Source: Lophium mytilinum (lineage: Eukaryota). From it: DNA of 64,000 bases. The notes beneath the pieces are model-generated. The model ran no database searches and was not told the DNA's origin. It saw only the letters and a program-made list of their open reading frames with translations. The DNA lies in NCBI GenBank assembly GCA_010093605.1, contig MU004183.1, positions 992,001 to 1,056,000 on the forward strand, given 5' to 3'. Positions within the stretch are counted from its first letter, which is position 1. Each line of letters opens with the position of its first letter. A program made the translations under genes and the position numbers. Positions 22,787-35,112 of this stretch are shown here, one piece after another.

Positions 22787-24302
22787 CTACATGAAACCCC
22801 AGTACTTCTCTGCGTTGTAGGAGCCGGCAAAGTCGGACTTCCAGGCACTGCTGAAGGCAGAGAACAAGATGATACTATCGCCGAACGCGTCACGGAGAGA
22901 CTGAAGCGCATCCTTTTGGTTCTGTGGGCTGGGTACAGCTTTTCCATTGGCGTCTCCAGATGATGGCCAACCGGACTCAGTGACGATGACCTTCTTGCCA
23001 GGGCACGCCTGCTCGACCTGCTGGACGGTGCCTCTGACGAAGGTACCCGCATCCTTAGCCGCTGTGTTGGAATCGAAGAAAGCATGGCTATTGACCATGG
23101 CGTAGTCGGAATTCTGACAGAGCGAGGGATTATCAACTGTGGCTGGGACAGTGTCAACAGTCCCAATGGGTCCAGTGTATCCAACAGCCTGGAGCTGCTG
23201 GCGGGCTTGATTGATAGCGTCGACTACGGCGGATGCTGTCATCTGGTGCGAGTTGACTTGCTCGTTTCCGACACTAATGAGAAGGATGTCATCCCATTTC
23301 CCGTTGGCGTATTGATTGACAGCATCGGAAAACATTTTGACGTCGTCTGACACAGTCTCGGTCGGCACATAGATTCCAAGCATAAGCTTTTGTCCGTTGG
23401 CCCTCGCATGTTGGAGCCCCAGGGCAACCTGATTGCAGCCGGTTCCATACAGACGAACTACTCCGTAACTCTTCATCGCATTAAACTCATCGGCGATTTG
23501 AGAGTCGCTTTTGCATGAGGTGGAGTCGCCTGATCCCGTGAACGGATCCCACGCGACGCCAGAGGGAAAGCCTCCAGAGGGTGCAGATGGAGCCTGTGTA
23601 GCTGAAGGCGCCGGGGCTGCAGAAGTCACCGGAATAGCAGAAGAGGGTTCTTCAACGGTGGACGAAGAAGGCGCAGGCGAAGGAACTGGGGTCTCGCTTG
23701 CTGGGGCAGAAGTTTCGGCTTCGCTGGAGGTACGCTCTGGAGTTTCCATTGCAGTGATAGAGGTCGGAGTCTCAGTGGACGACTCCACGGCACTCGAAAA
23801 CGAAACCTCGGAAGTTGAGAGTGCGGCCTGGGTAGAGACACCGGCCTTCATGACATTGACGGTGGTGGTTGAGTATGTAACCGTGGAAGTGACCAGTACG
23901 AAAGAGGGTCCCTCCTTGGGAGTCGCCGCAGCCTGGTTGATAGGCTCCGTGTGGGTCGCATACGGGATGCCGTTCTCATCCACAACGATTGTCATTGTGA
24001 CCGTAGATGTTGCCGTAGAAGTCCCCTTGACCGGAGTCGCGGTGGCCTGATGGACAGACTCCGTGTAGGTCGAATAGGCGACGCCATGCTCGTCAACCAA
24101 AACAACGACCTCGGTGCCAGTGACGGTAACGACAGTGGTCTCGGTAACATAATCGCGCTTCGCATGACGGTGATGACGATGGCCTAAAAAGGAGGTTAGA
24201 TTAGCATGACTTTGTCGCCTAGAAAACCTGCTCACCATGCGGCTGCGCAGCGGCGAACCCGAGCAGGGCGATTGCACCAGTGGTGAAGTAGCCGGCCTTC
24301 AT
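22787..24302 (-). CDS. Secreted GH17 cell-wall glucanase (Scw4/Scw11-like)
   Basis: Signal peptide MKAGYFTTGAIALLGFAAA; intron 24184-24235; HRHHRHAKR; S/T-rich stalk; VRLYGTGCNQ, ISVGNE, VIVTESGWPS. Confidence 0.92.
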
Positions 24303-26998
24303 ATTGAAAGAGTGTATACGGTAACGCTGGCCTTAGAGGTATGTACGATTGACGATGTCAACAATTCGGCTAGCGAGACCGGCCCGCAGCGTCAGTAACT
24401 GGAGCAAATAAGGTCGGCGATGCGACTCGATAGATCGCTGAGTAGGGCGATTGCGCCAGCCACGGGGGCGAGCTAGAGAGAGTACGGTGTAGATGGAGGA
24501 AGGGAAGGGACCAAAGATACGATAGACACCTACGAAAGCTAAGATCTCAACGGATCTACCGTAGGGAACGTGAAGGGTCCGACCACGCGGAAGTAGACTG
24601 GTTGCTCGAGGCGACGGTTAGTATGTGGAATGCGGAGTACATGAGATGCAGAATGGCAAATAAAGGCAGGATGCAAGGATCGGAGGAGTTAGAGGAAGTG
24701 AAGGAGGCTCAAGAGGAGGAATGTAGAGCTCAGAGCGCGGGGGTGAGGGCGTCGCACCAGTCAAGGGAGGGGAGTCGGCTTACCTGGCTGAAATGAATGG
24801 CGGCTTCGTCGAGAAGCGGGCAGATGAAGGAATTGGCTGACTGCAACGCCGAGGGCTGAGCGAGAGAAGGAGTGATCTCGGGCAGCAAGAAAGGAAGGTA
24901 AGAGGTGGAGGAGAGGGTGAGGAGAGTGAGGTCGTGCGGGTGACAACAAGATAGAAGGAGCGCAGTTGGCGCTAGTCCGAATCAGGCAAGGCGCAATGTC
25001 GTCCGCTCAATTGTTTCGAGTTGACGCTGCCCACATAATCGCCGGTTACTATTCCCGGAGTGACGGGTCCCATTGATGTCCTCTGGGTAGTGTTCGCACG
25101 GCCCAAGACTGAGTTTGGGGATCTCGCCGGCTGAGGCGACCCTGCGACCTCGGAAATTTTACCAGAGGGCTTCAATGCTTCTATCTTCATCATGATTTTC
25201 ATGTGTGCTGAGAGGTCTATGACAGTGACAAAACGCGTGAAAAGACCTATCTTGAGGAGCTAGCAGTCACCATTGAAAAGCACGATATAACAGCACTTGA
25301 AGCTAGCTTGAACCCGGACCCGCAAACCCGACATTGTAGGTGTCGCCATATGTCGCGGCCTAGTGAGTTTCCCAGTGATCAAAGCGATGAGCTACCGCTT
25401 TTTTTTTGGATGTTCAGAAGTGTGCTAAAGCTCCCATGACAACGACGAGACATTGTACACAGCCCAAGGACTCGGCATTACGACCGCTAACAGAAATCGA
25501 TCTTGACATCTTTCCAGTAGCGAGCTCCCTGAGGTCACTGCCTGGGGCGGGCATGGTCTATAACCGTCCATTTGGAATGCCATAGTACTCAGATGTTTGA
25601 AAGGTGGGGAAACTTACATGGAGTCAAGATTCTCAATGTACAACTTAGACAATGTACGATTTCTAAGACAATTGGGGCCAGATCGTATCCGTTTCCGTGG
25701 GTCTTTGACGCGGAATATGCCCTAGTGAGATGAGACATACCCACCATGAGTGAGTGAAGATCTCGAAGCATCTAGTCCTGTCGATACCATCAAAGTATAG
25801 TAGTCCTAGACAAACAGAGAATGCGTGGCGGTCCGCTCTTTCGAGATGCGGGCGAGAGAATTATCCGTACATAATCTAAATTCTTGCAGCATGGTTCCTG
25901 GTACTGAGGACTCGGTATGTCTAGCTTGATTTGCAGCGGTGCTCTTTCATGGATACAATACGGTGAAGAGAGATAGTAGATTCCTAAGCATACTTTGGCT
26001 AGAAAGAAAACACAACTTGTAAAAGAACCGCGGTACTAAAGTAGCGGAACTTCATTGCCTTCGAGAACGCTGCTGTGGTGTCTCAATGTCACTCGAGCAG
26101 GTGATATGGGGTTTCAATAGACCTGAGCTAGAACAAGTTGGTCTCAGTGCGCTGACGCTATCTTGCGACACAACTCATTCTTTTTGCCCGGTCCATTCAG
26201 TCAAGATACGAGAGTTTCCGACTATTGATCTCTGTGTAACCATAATCTACAGTCTGTCGTGCGGTCGGGTACCCCAACCACTCCGTCAACGCTGCGCTCT
26301 AGGAACACCTTACACATGGTCTGACAGCCCAGGGTTCGGACGTTGGGTGCGAGGCTGTAGTTGGCTACATGCAGTCGTCGACGTACTATAGATACAGCAA
26401 ATAGATGAATTTGTGTTTGTCTAAGACTAAAGCATCTGCCAATGGTTATGGGTCCCAATACGAGAACTGCTGAGCATAGTGTTACGAGACCGTCGCTTGG
26501 AGAGCTTTGGTACGGATGATTGAATAAATGTATCGGCTCGAAGAAAATGAAAGCGGTCTCAGGGTGGTTGTTAAAGAACTTCTCGGGTACGTCAGGCTGT
26601 CGCAAAGGGAGACGGGAGGAAAGGGGAGGGCTTTTCGTCCCGTTCCCAGCCGCGCACGTACCAGGCCCGAAACTCCGCATATGACCCCAAGTTCGGGCGC
26701 CGGTGTCCCACAACCTTTCGTCTTCCTCAAAATCAGACGTAAAGCGATGGGACACTACAGTTGCTGGTACGCATAATGAAGCCACTCGAGAGAACTAACA
26801 CGAATGTGCCAGGTTGCAAGAGCAGTGACAACAGACGCGTTTGGCAGTGTAGGCCAGCGCACAGCGCACAAACAGCCACTGCAAGTGGCCGGGCGAGCGT
26901 CTGAAGCGGCAGTCACGTGCCTTACGCACTGACTGCGAAAAGCGGGGCTAGACCTTGGAAATCCTCACGTACATAATGCTTTTATTTTCGCAAGATCC

Positions 26999-27121
26999 AA
27001 TTGTACGGTGCGACGCCTTGTACAAACCCATTTCTTGCCTTTTACCAGAAGTGGCCGCGAGATGCGCACAAAACCGTACTATTCAATCTTTGGAACCCCA
27101 ACTTAGGTGTTCGACACCTAG
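26999..27121 (+). ncRNA. U5 spliceosomal snRNA
   Basis: Conserved loop I TGCCTTTTACC (27036-27046) closed by CCATTTCT/AGAAGTGG; outer stem GTACGGT/ACCGTAC; Sm-like site AATCTTTGG (27085-27093); 3' hairpin TAGGTGT-TCG-ACACCTA; ends approximate. Confidence 0.9.
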
Positions 27122-27702
27122 CTTTTGCTCTTTTTTTTCAATTTTTTGCCCTTTCGCTGGCCCTTCACCTTCACCACTGCTGCATTCTTAATCGAAGCTC
27201 CTACCGTGATTCTAACAGGTAGGGATACTTTTTATGACAGTTAGACATTGTTTCGCAATAAAAGATTAGATAGATGCATGGGAGATGAATCTCTCGCGAC
27301 AACGATTGAACACAAATCAAGCAATCAATCAACCTCACGCATGCATCTATCTATTCGCGTGTATGAGAAGCCTTATGTAGTTAAGACCCATTACATTTAA
27401 AAGATGCCAGCGCACATGCTGTAAGCATTCGCTCTGTTGCTGACCCAATTGATGACTTTTAGTGCGTCTTTTTTGTAGAAGTTTTCGATTTGTAGATATG
27501 TACAGACTCGTGAAATCTAGCCCAGAAGCATGACATCCATGCAAACCCAACGCCGGTTGATCCTCACTAAAAGTACGATGATCCGGCTTCCTTCCTTTCT
27601 CCAAAAGCAACATTCCACCCATGTGTAAATACACCCCACAGCCGTATCATAATGATGCCTCCATCGTGCTCTGCTTTCTGATAAGAGATTGCTATGCCCG
27701 TC

Positions 27703-28578
27703 TCACCTCTCCCTCACTGTCTCCGTGCTGCACTTCTCGGGATTCTCTACTGAATGGCCTGTCAGCCCCGTATACCCATCCAATTCCGCCCTCCGCAGGA
27801 GACTCTGAATCTGTGCACCCTTATCCATTCCCACCGCTGCCCGTCGCTGCGTCATCAGCTCCCGACTTGCCTCCCTATGCTTCCGGTCCGTTTGCTCCAG
27901 CACGCTCGTGCTGAAGTTACTCGCTCTGGTCGCTTGCCCAACACCCCCTAGACATGCGAGCACAACAATGAAACTCAGAAAGGCGAAGTTGGAAGCGAAG
28001 ACGGGTGATTGCGGCTCCTGTCCTTTTTGGCGAGAGCGCCACTGCTCCCAGTCTTCCCAGGTCGCATTTCGCATCGGGTCTTGACCTGGTGGCCACTTCC
28101 GTGGGGTTTTATCTGACCGCGGAGGAGCAGCCCAGCCAGCTCCGTACGAATCGTAGGCGGATCGGCGGGCCGGGTCGGAGAGCAGGGCGTGGGCAGCGAC
28201 GAGAAGACGGTACCGCTCTAGCCGCGTGTGGAGAGGAAGAGCGGCGGCGGGGGAGGCGGCATGGAAGCGGTCGGGGTGGTAGAGCTTCACTAGGGCGTAG
28301 AAGCGCGCTTTGGTATATGGTGTGCCCGGAGCGCAGGAGAGGATTTGATAGGGAGATGGAAGGGTATGTGGATGTGCCGGAGCGGGCCAATGGAGCTCGT
28401 GAGGCTCATTGTGGGAGGGAACCTTCGATTCGGAGGATTGTTGGGAGGATGTTGCGTAGGTTTGATAGAGGGGAGTAGAGGGGCATGGTGACGTCGTAGA
28501 TTGTGAGGAAGAGGGTTTATAGAGAGTCGAGAGGTTGCCGTAGGAGGAGAGAAGGATGGCGGGCTTCTTGGAGAGCAT
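27703..28578 (-). CDS. J-domain (DnaJ) protein, Jid1-like, probably mitochondrial
   Basis: PYQIL...FYALVKLYHPD...LLSDPARRSAYD, NATWEDWE, and a C-terminal transmembrane segment. Confidence 0.88.
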   Translation of the reverse strand: MLSKKPAILLSSYGNLSTLYKPSSSQSTTSPCPSTPLYQTYATSSQQSSESKVPSHNEPHELHWPAPAHPHTLPSPYQILSCAPGTPYTKARFYALVKLYHPDRFHAASPAAALPLHTRLERYRLLVAAHALLSDPARRSAYDSYGAGWAAPPRSDKTPRKWPPGQDPMRNATWEDWEQWRSRQKGQEPQSPVFASNFAFLSFIVVLACLGGVGQATRASNFSTSVLEQTDRKHREASRELMTQRRAAVGMDKGAQIQSLLRRAELDGYTGLTGHSVENPEKCSTETVRER

Positions 28579-29245
28579 CGCGTAGGCGGCTCATGGCGAA
28601 CTGGAGGGTTAGAGGGAGGGCACAGTTAGGTGGAAGCTTCAAGTAGACCTTAGTGATCATCGGATCATCGGGTGTAGGAATTAGAGAGAATTAGGTTGTA
28701 GCTACAGATCTGGTGTAGATAAGATCGCCAAGAGATTTAACGGCTGTCAGGCGGTCCTCCATGTTTCACCTCGTCTTCTGCTGGGGACATCATTTCTGCA
28801 AGCACCCGCCGTCTGCACCCCTGGTCCCGTTGCGCACAATGCTAATTACCGTGCGCTTTATATAGCATATCGCCGCGCCTGCTGCTATGCTAGCAGACTC
28901 CTCTTCTCCACGTTCTTTCTGCCTCTTAGACATCTCAGGGGAGTTGCTCCCTTCACTCTCTTTTGGTCAAGTTAGCCTTGCGCGGCAAGTTGCTATTGTT
29001 TACTTAGCGAGTTCCTATTGAGCGGTTGCTTCGATCTCACTCTCTTTACTATTTTATGCTAGATAGCCTTTATCAATCCTTCCCGCTCTTTCCGCTCCTT
29101 CTCACTTTCACTTTGCCCTCTTCAACAACAAACTTCATCCTCAACTCGAGGAGCGCTAGGTGTTCAAGTGCGCCTTTGGTAATCGAGAGCCTTCGATTGT
29201 CGACGACCGAATTGCCCGATTGCTACAACGACAACGACAGCCATA

Positions 29246-30692
29246 ATGAAAGTGAAAGGAAATTCGTTCTCTACGGATGGCCAGGATGTGGAGGCAGAGC
29301 TTGACGCCATCGTCGAGCGGCGATCACGTCAAGATCTTGGTCCGTTCAACGGTTTCTCGAACCTCGACCGCTCATTCGATCCGTCCGACCAGCTGGACGT
29401 CGACCTGATGATCCTGGATTTCCTAGCGTTCAAGACGATAGAGTCCGTTCTCACAGCTGAGCAGGCCAGAATTGACGGTACGCACATAGAGGCCTGGGAG
29501 ATGCCCGAGGATAAAATCGAAATGTCCAATCGTACGTCCAAAATCATTTCCTCACCCATGCGTACTCTTCTATCAGTCAACTGATAGCTCGCAGATTGGA
29601 TCGCTTGGGTCGCGAAGACCCACGGCGCTGACGCTGTTCCACCTGAGATGGCTAGCCGGATAAAGCTGCTGGAGTTTGTGCTTCTGTTCACTCGAAGACT
29701 GGACCCCTGGGCTAATCTAACGACCGCTACCTCTTTGGAGAAGACGCGCGAAAAGAACAAGGCCCTAGCTGCATTCATGAACAATCGCGCATCGTTCGCA
29801 TCACAATTTCTGGACATCTCGTTCGATCCGGACACCGACTTTCCTCTATCCAAACAGAAACTTCATGACAATCGTCTCCGTCTTGCTGTCGAGCTTGGAG
29901 TATCTGATCCCGAGTTTTGGGCGAAGGAGTACTACGGAACATCGAGGTGCCCCTCTCTCCACGATCTCATGGCCGACTTCTTCTGCGTGACGGCCGCTCG
30001 GGCTGCAGCTGATTGGACAGTGTCCGAGAAATGGCTAGACCTAGCAGCGGAATGGATGCTACAAGCTACCCTTGAAGCATACTTGATCTACGGTGTGAGT
30101 AGCGAAGATCTATTCCGCGATATCTTCTCTGTCGGCTGTCCGCCTCTGGACGCTACGCAGGACGAGTTGAACGACGAAGCGGTCCGGGAGACAGTGGAAG
30201 CTATGCAGGCGCTGTTCTGTGACCGCGAAAATCTACAACAGGAGGTTGCTGACTGGACAAGCGTGAGAGAGACATACATTTCGGCAGTGAGTCTTCGCAT
30301 ATTCTACGGTATGATATAATTTTGAGCTGGGTTGCTGACAGGTGTGGTTCTAGCTCACCCCGGACGCCTCCCCGCCCGTAATTTCCGAGCAGACGATGGA
30401 GAGCGCACGCGCCAAATTCGACATCGGAGGATTCCACGCGAACGTCTGCGCCTTTCTGCTGAGCTTACATCTAGCAATGCTTAAGCCAGATATGGTCCAA
30501 GTAGAACAGGGTCGGATTGAAGGAGTTTCAGAAGAAGAATCCCGCCAAATGTTGCAGAATATGGGCAAGTTGCGGCTCACTGACGAGGAAGCTGCAGAGC
30601 AATCGAAGGCCGCCTTCGCGAGGGCTGGAATCACGAGGACTATGGATGGGATGGGGCCAATGGAGGACGCCGAAGATGAGCTGATGGAGTAG
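29246..30692 (+). CDS. Conserved fungal hypothetical protein
   Basis: Three ORF segments joined by introns 29532-29594 and 30287-30353; motifs MILDFLAF, WLDLAAEWMLQATLE, KPDMVQVEQG. Confidence 0.78.
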
Positions 30693-31498
30693 TAATCAGG
30701 TAACGGCGAGGGATCGGTATCATGATATTTCATTCAGTTGGTTACGGTTACTGGGGTACTGGTGTCCTATTTTGGGTAAGCCGGCGGATGCCCTCCTCCA
30801 CGACCAGGAGACTTGATTAATGGGAGGCCTCGGGGCTAACAAGATCAAGCTAGCCTTTTCATAATACTCCATGCTATACGGCGGCATGTACATGTACGAT
30901 ACAAACGGTCTCGAACCGTACAGACTTGAATTCACACAATTCAGGTCATCCAATTATCTTCTGATGCCTAAAACAAACCCAAGTATACGCACTCCTTCGT
31001 AAAGTCTCTTTCAGCTTCCCCATGACATGCGGATCTACCGTAAACGACGGCAATAAGGTACGGTATACTACATGCATCTCATAGAGTCGGGTTGTTGGGC
31101 ATGGACCACCAGCCAAGCTGATACGCATCAACGTCAATACACTACAAAAAGTGACACTCTTCTCCCACACGTATGCACCTCTTGAAGTAATCCGAACGAG
31201 TACGAGGGATCCTTTTCCTGAGATCTCACGGTAAGACCAAAATCTTACACGCGTATCAGTGTTCTGACCATACGGCCACCAATCTAACCAGAAGTGATCA
31301 CTAGCGCTTGGATTAGCTGACTCGTGACAGCTACGTATTGCGTATTGTACTTGTGAGAGGATTTTCTTGCTAGTCTATATAGCCAGACTTCTCTCACCTC
31401 GCATAAATAAGGTCTTCGCCTTCAGCCTACTTTCCAAGTCCAACATTAACTGCCTTCCCAACCTCTCAATCACCAAATACAAGAACCCAAGCATCAAC

Positions 31499-32521
31499 AT
31501 GACTACCACCAAACCTTCCATAGTCCTCATCCCAGGTGCCTGGCACCTTCCCATCATCTACTCTGCCGTTGAGGCTCTCCTCCGCGAGGTTGGCTACACC
31601 GACACCTGCGCCATCCAGTTGCCATCTCTCGGCGGAGAACCACCGTGTGCAGAACGAGAATCTGACATCACGCTCATTCGCTCTACAGTCACCGAACGAC
31701 TTCAACAAGGCAAAGACGTTGTTGTCGTAGCGCATAGCTACGCCTGTATCCCTGCAGGTGAAGCAGTCCGAGGCCTTCCCTCAAAGATCAGAGCCGACGA
31801 TGATGCCACTACCGAAGGTTCATTCGCCCAGGTAAGCTTGAGCAAAGGGTTCATCAAAACTTCAATCTCAACCTTGATCAAATCCATACATGTCCATATA
31901 GTCAACGTTAGCAAGCTGACTTTTAGACAGATGACGCATCAGGCCACCCAAGGGATCGGCATGCAGACTACAACGTCTACAGCTACAGATGTGAATCTGA
32001 GCTTAGGCGCCTCAATCGAGAATCCAGTCACTTCCCCAACCGGCCACGTCCTTGCCCTTGTCTTCCTCGCCGGACTGCTCGATCCCATAGAGCAATACGC
32101 TCCCTGGTCTCGCCCGGACGAACCCTACGTTCGCCTCTCTCCCGACGTCTCCGAGGTGAAGAACCTCTTCTACAACGACCTTGACGCCGAGGCTCAGGAC
32201 TACTGGTACGAGAAGTTAGCCGCGCACCACTCCTACGGTGCTCTGACGACACCGTGTACGTATGTACCGTGGCAAGGGGACTTCAAGTGCGTGTACGTGG
32301 CATCCGAGGATGATCAGGCTGTGCCGCTAGCCGTGCAGCTGGCGATATGCGGACAGGAGGGGGCGGTGATTAACGTTGTCAAGCGTAAGGCTGGGCATAG
32401 TTTGATGTTGAGCCAGCCGAAGACTGTGGTGGACATCATTGAACGTGTAGTGGCAGGGCAAGAGATCGAGAAAGGAGGAGACGAGGGCGAGGGTGTTGAA
32501 GGCAAGGGAACTGATGCGTAA
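31499..32521 (+). CDS. Alpha/beta hydrolase (Abhydrolase_6-like)
   Basis: IVLIPGAWH, VVVVAHSY, DQAVP, AGHSLMLSQP; probable in-frame intron 31832-31930. Confidence 0.88.
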   Translation: MTTTKPSIVLIPGAWHLPIIYSAVEALLREVGYTDTCAIQLPSLGGEPPCAERESDITLIRSTVTERLQQGKDVVVVAHSYACIPAGEAVRGLPSKIRADDDATTEGSFAQVSLSKGFIKTSISTLIKSIHVHIVNVSKLTFRQMTHQATQGIGMQTTTSTATDVNLSLGASIENPVTSPTGHVLALVFLAGLLDPIEQYAPWSRPDEPYVRLSPDVSEVKNLFYNDLDAEAQDYWYEKLAAHHSYGALTTPCTYVPWQGDFKCVYVASEDDQAVPLAVQLAICGQEGAVINVVKRKAGHSLMLSQPKTVVDIIERVVAGQEIEKGGDEGEGVEGKGTDA

Positions 32522-32970
32522 AGGCTTCCGGCGATGTGTACTTACCCCATGAGACTGTCGGGAGCGCTTGACAGCCTCAATCTGAATTAGCGTTCCAAGG
32601 TTGGTAGAAGTAGTCAATCGGAGGGTGAGGATTAACTAGATACTAGATTCACGGCCAGACTCCGTTGACCATGAAGCGGCACTCTACAGCCGTCTGAGGT
32701 GGCCCAGCGAGCGATTAGCCTTGTCAAAACTATACCTACATTTTCCGTTTTGGATAACGTGTCAAGGACCTTCAAGCGGTGCTAAACAAGCCTAGCCTTT
32801 TGCTGGTACGGAGGTCTCTCCTTCTGAATTGGGGCCTACTTTCTTAGGATAGAAACAAGACATGAAAGGCAAGAACCATGGTCACAGTCATCCCGGAAAT
32901 GAACAAATCTTTCTCCACTTTCTCTAATACACCTCACAATTCAAAGCTCCATTTTCAAACCTCGGATACG

Positions 32971-34032
32971 ATGCAGTCCATCAAAGGTGCTATCAACGGC
33001 GTCCTAGGATACGTCAATGACACAGCTCATCCAGAAGGCTCCCTCGCCTCGTCGCCTACGAACACAGCTACGTCGCCCACTTCTCCGAGAGCGTCATCCT
33101 CGTCGTCGCTCACCTTATGTGCTAATATTGAGTTCGATTCGAGTGAATGGAAGGTTCTGGCCGCCGAAGAAAGCCAGCCAAGTGCTGCATCCGCACAGGG
33201 AGGCGGTATTTCTCAGCAAGTATGCGAGCAGCCAGCTCAAAACCAGCCTGATCGCCGCGTAAAGGTTGAAGACGGTATCGAAGACGACGAGGAAGAAGGA
33301 CTGCCCAGGAACTCGAGCGGCATAGACGGGCCACTGCTTCGAGGTACCAGCGACGGTGGGAACGACACACTCAAAGAGGAGCCTGTGAGCACCATCGACT
33401 ATCGTATCGATTCAAGCGTGCCGAATGCCATCCAAAAGCCGAATCCCTCGACCGAGACGAGAAAGCCAGTGAAGCGAGCCGATCGACTAACGAGGCGTCC
33501 AGGCCGTCCCTCGATCAAGACGGAACCCATCGAGAAGCAGACTGGTCAACCGACCAAGCGTCAAGACAGCCCCTACGCTCGGCCAAAATTACCTCGAACC
33601 TACCCATACTCGATCATGGGCCAGACGCTCACCATCAGCTCGCCAGCCACCGGACCACTCCGTACTCGAGGTTCGAACATCACAGTCAATAGCTCCATCT
33701 CCGGGACCATCACCGACCAGGGATCAGTCATCGTTCTGAATTCGCCCTTCTATGGTACTATATATGCACAGGGAAGTAAGATCACGGTCAATACCTCGCA
33801 ATTCGGTACCATCAGGGCCCAAGGGTGCGAAATTTCGATCAATGCAGCGAGCACTGGACGCATCCTCGGACCACAGGGCTGCAAGATTACGGTGTGTAGA
33901 GCTGCGGAGGGCACGGCGCAGATTGTGAATCCAATGGGCTGTAGTCGGGATGGCTACGAAGAAGCGCGTATTACTTCGAGCACCACAATATGCTTGTCTT
34001 CCGGGTACTGGCGTTTTGATAATTGGGTTTGA
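32971..34032 (+). CDS. Hypothetical protein: disordered N-terminus plus C-terminal 17-aa beta-solenoid-like repeats
   Basis: Open frame (alternative start at 32878); repeats of the form GSxITVNxxxxGTIxAQ. Confidence 0.75.
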   Translation: MQSIKGAINGVLGYVNDTAHPEGSLASSPTNTATSPTSPRASSSSSLTLCANIEFDSSEWKVLAAEESQPSAASAQGGGISQQVCEQPAQNQPDRRVKVEDGIEDDEEEGLPRNSSGIDGPLLRGTSDGGNDTLKEEPVSTIDYRIDSSVPNAIQKPNPSTETRKPVKRADRLTRRPGRPSIKTEPIEKQTGQPTKRQDSPYARPKLPRTYPYSIMGQTLTISSPATGPLRTRGSNITVNSSISGTITDQGSVIVLNSPFYGTIYAQGSKITVNTSQFGTIRAQGCEISINAASTGRILGPQGCKITVCRAAEGTAQIVNPMGCSRDGYEEARITSSTTICLSSGYWRFDNWV

Positions 34033-34306
34033 GGCTTGAGAAATATAGGACAGTGAGGGCTTCAGCTTGGTCCTTTTTTCTGTTTTCATACCATAGTCAT
34101 TAGATTTAGCCAGGGAACTAGGGCCAATGATGGGGATGCATAACAACGAATCTCAGTCTCAGTAGCCTGAAACATCTTAACCAACAGTTCACGGGTATAG
34201 ACCATAGCAGATAGATACTTTTTTTGTTATTTGTTCGCCCCTGATGGTCTTCAGTCGTCGAACTTCCGAGGTTCCACTCCATCATTTTCACGCCTTCATG
34301 ACTTCC

Positions 34307-34889
34307 TCACATCTTCGCCTTGATCTCTTCCAGCAGCTTCGCTAGCTTGTCCTTGTCCACATCCTCAGCCGGCCATCCAATACTCAACCCCTCCTTCTCG
34401 TTGGGTTTCGGGATTATATGGAAGTGTACCTGAAGCATTTCATCAGCACTGTCCGCCGCATCCGCCCTTTCACCCGTCTCCTATCACAGGGTAACTAACA
34501 TGATCGACCACTTGATGTGCAATCCGCCCATTGTTCTGCAGTATGTTGTAGTCGTCCGCTCCCACCGCCAGCGCAATCTTCTTCGCAACGGGCAGGATCT
34601 CGTTGAGTTGGTCGTCGGGGATGTCGTGGAGTTTTGCGCCGTGGAATTTGGGGATGACGAGCTAGTACTAGAATATTAGAAGTCGTGTCGGGGTTGATGC
34701 GGGGATAGGAGAGGGTAGCGTACAGCGTGGCCTTTGCTCAGAGGAGAGATGTCGAGGAATGCAAAGGTCTTGTCGCTCTCGAAGATCTTCATCGAAGGGA
34801 TGTCGCCTGTTTGAGGGTTAGATGGTCACTGGTAGATGGATTTGGGGCCTACCCTTGATGATCTTGCAGAATATACAAGCAGCGGCCAT
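34307..34889 (-). CDS. HNT1: HIT-family nucleotide hydrolase Hnt1
   Basis: MAAACIFCKIIK|GDIPSMKIFES...AFLDISPLSKGHA|LVIPKFH...NNGRIAHQVVDH|VHFHIIPKP; three introns; not in the ORF track. Confidence 0.93.
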
Positions 34890-35112
34890 GGTGAATTGAG
34901 TGTGCTTTGACAATTGAAGTGTGTGGTGTTGAATGGTGTTGATGGAGCCCTGGAGATGGAGGGGTCTGAGCTGATGTGGGGTTGAGGGAGCTCCGGTTAT
35001 GTTCCGTAATTTATCGAAATGACTGTATTGAACGCCGTGAAAGGAAAATTATTTTTAATCGTGAACAGCAATGTTTACCAAAGGGTATCTTGAACGGGTG
35101 TATCCCAGACAC

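Noticed and set aside
22393..23184. 263-aa ORF overlapping the GH17 3' end
   Set aside because: Alternative frame of a real gene running into UTR; composition does not look like a protein
24303..26900. Transposon or telomerase RNA in the long intergenic region
   Set aside because: No TIR/LTR, transposase motif or CTAACCCTAA-type template seen by eye; a decayed element cannot be excluded
27104..27150. tRNA-like Pol III gene (GTTCGA plus T-runs)
   Set aside because: No A box or cloverleaf; explained as the U5 3' hairpin
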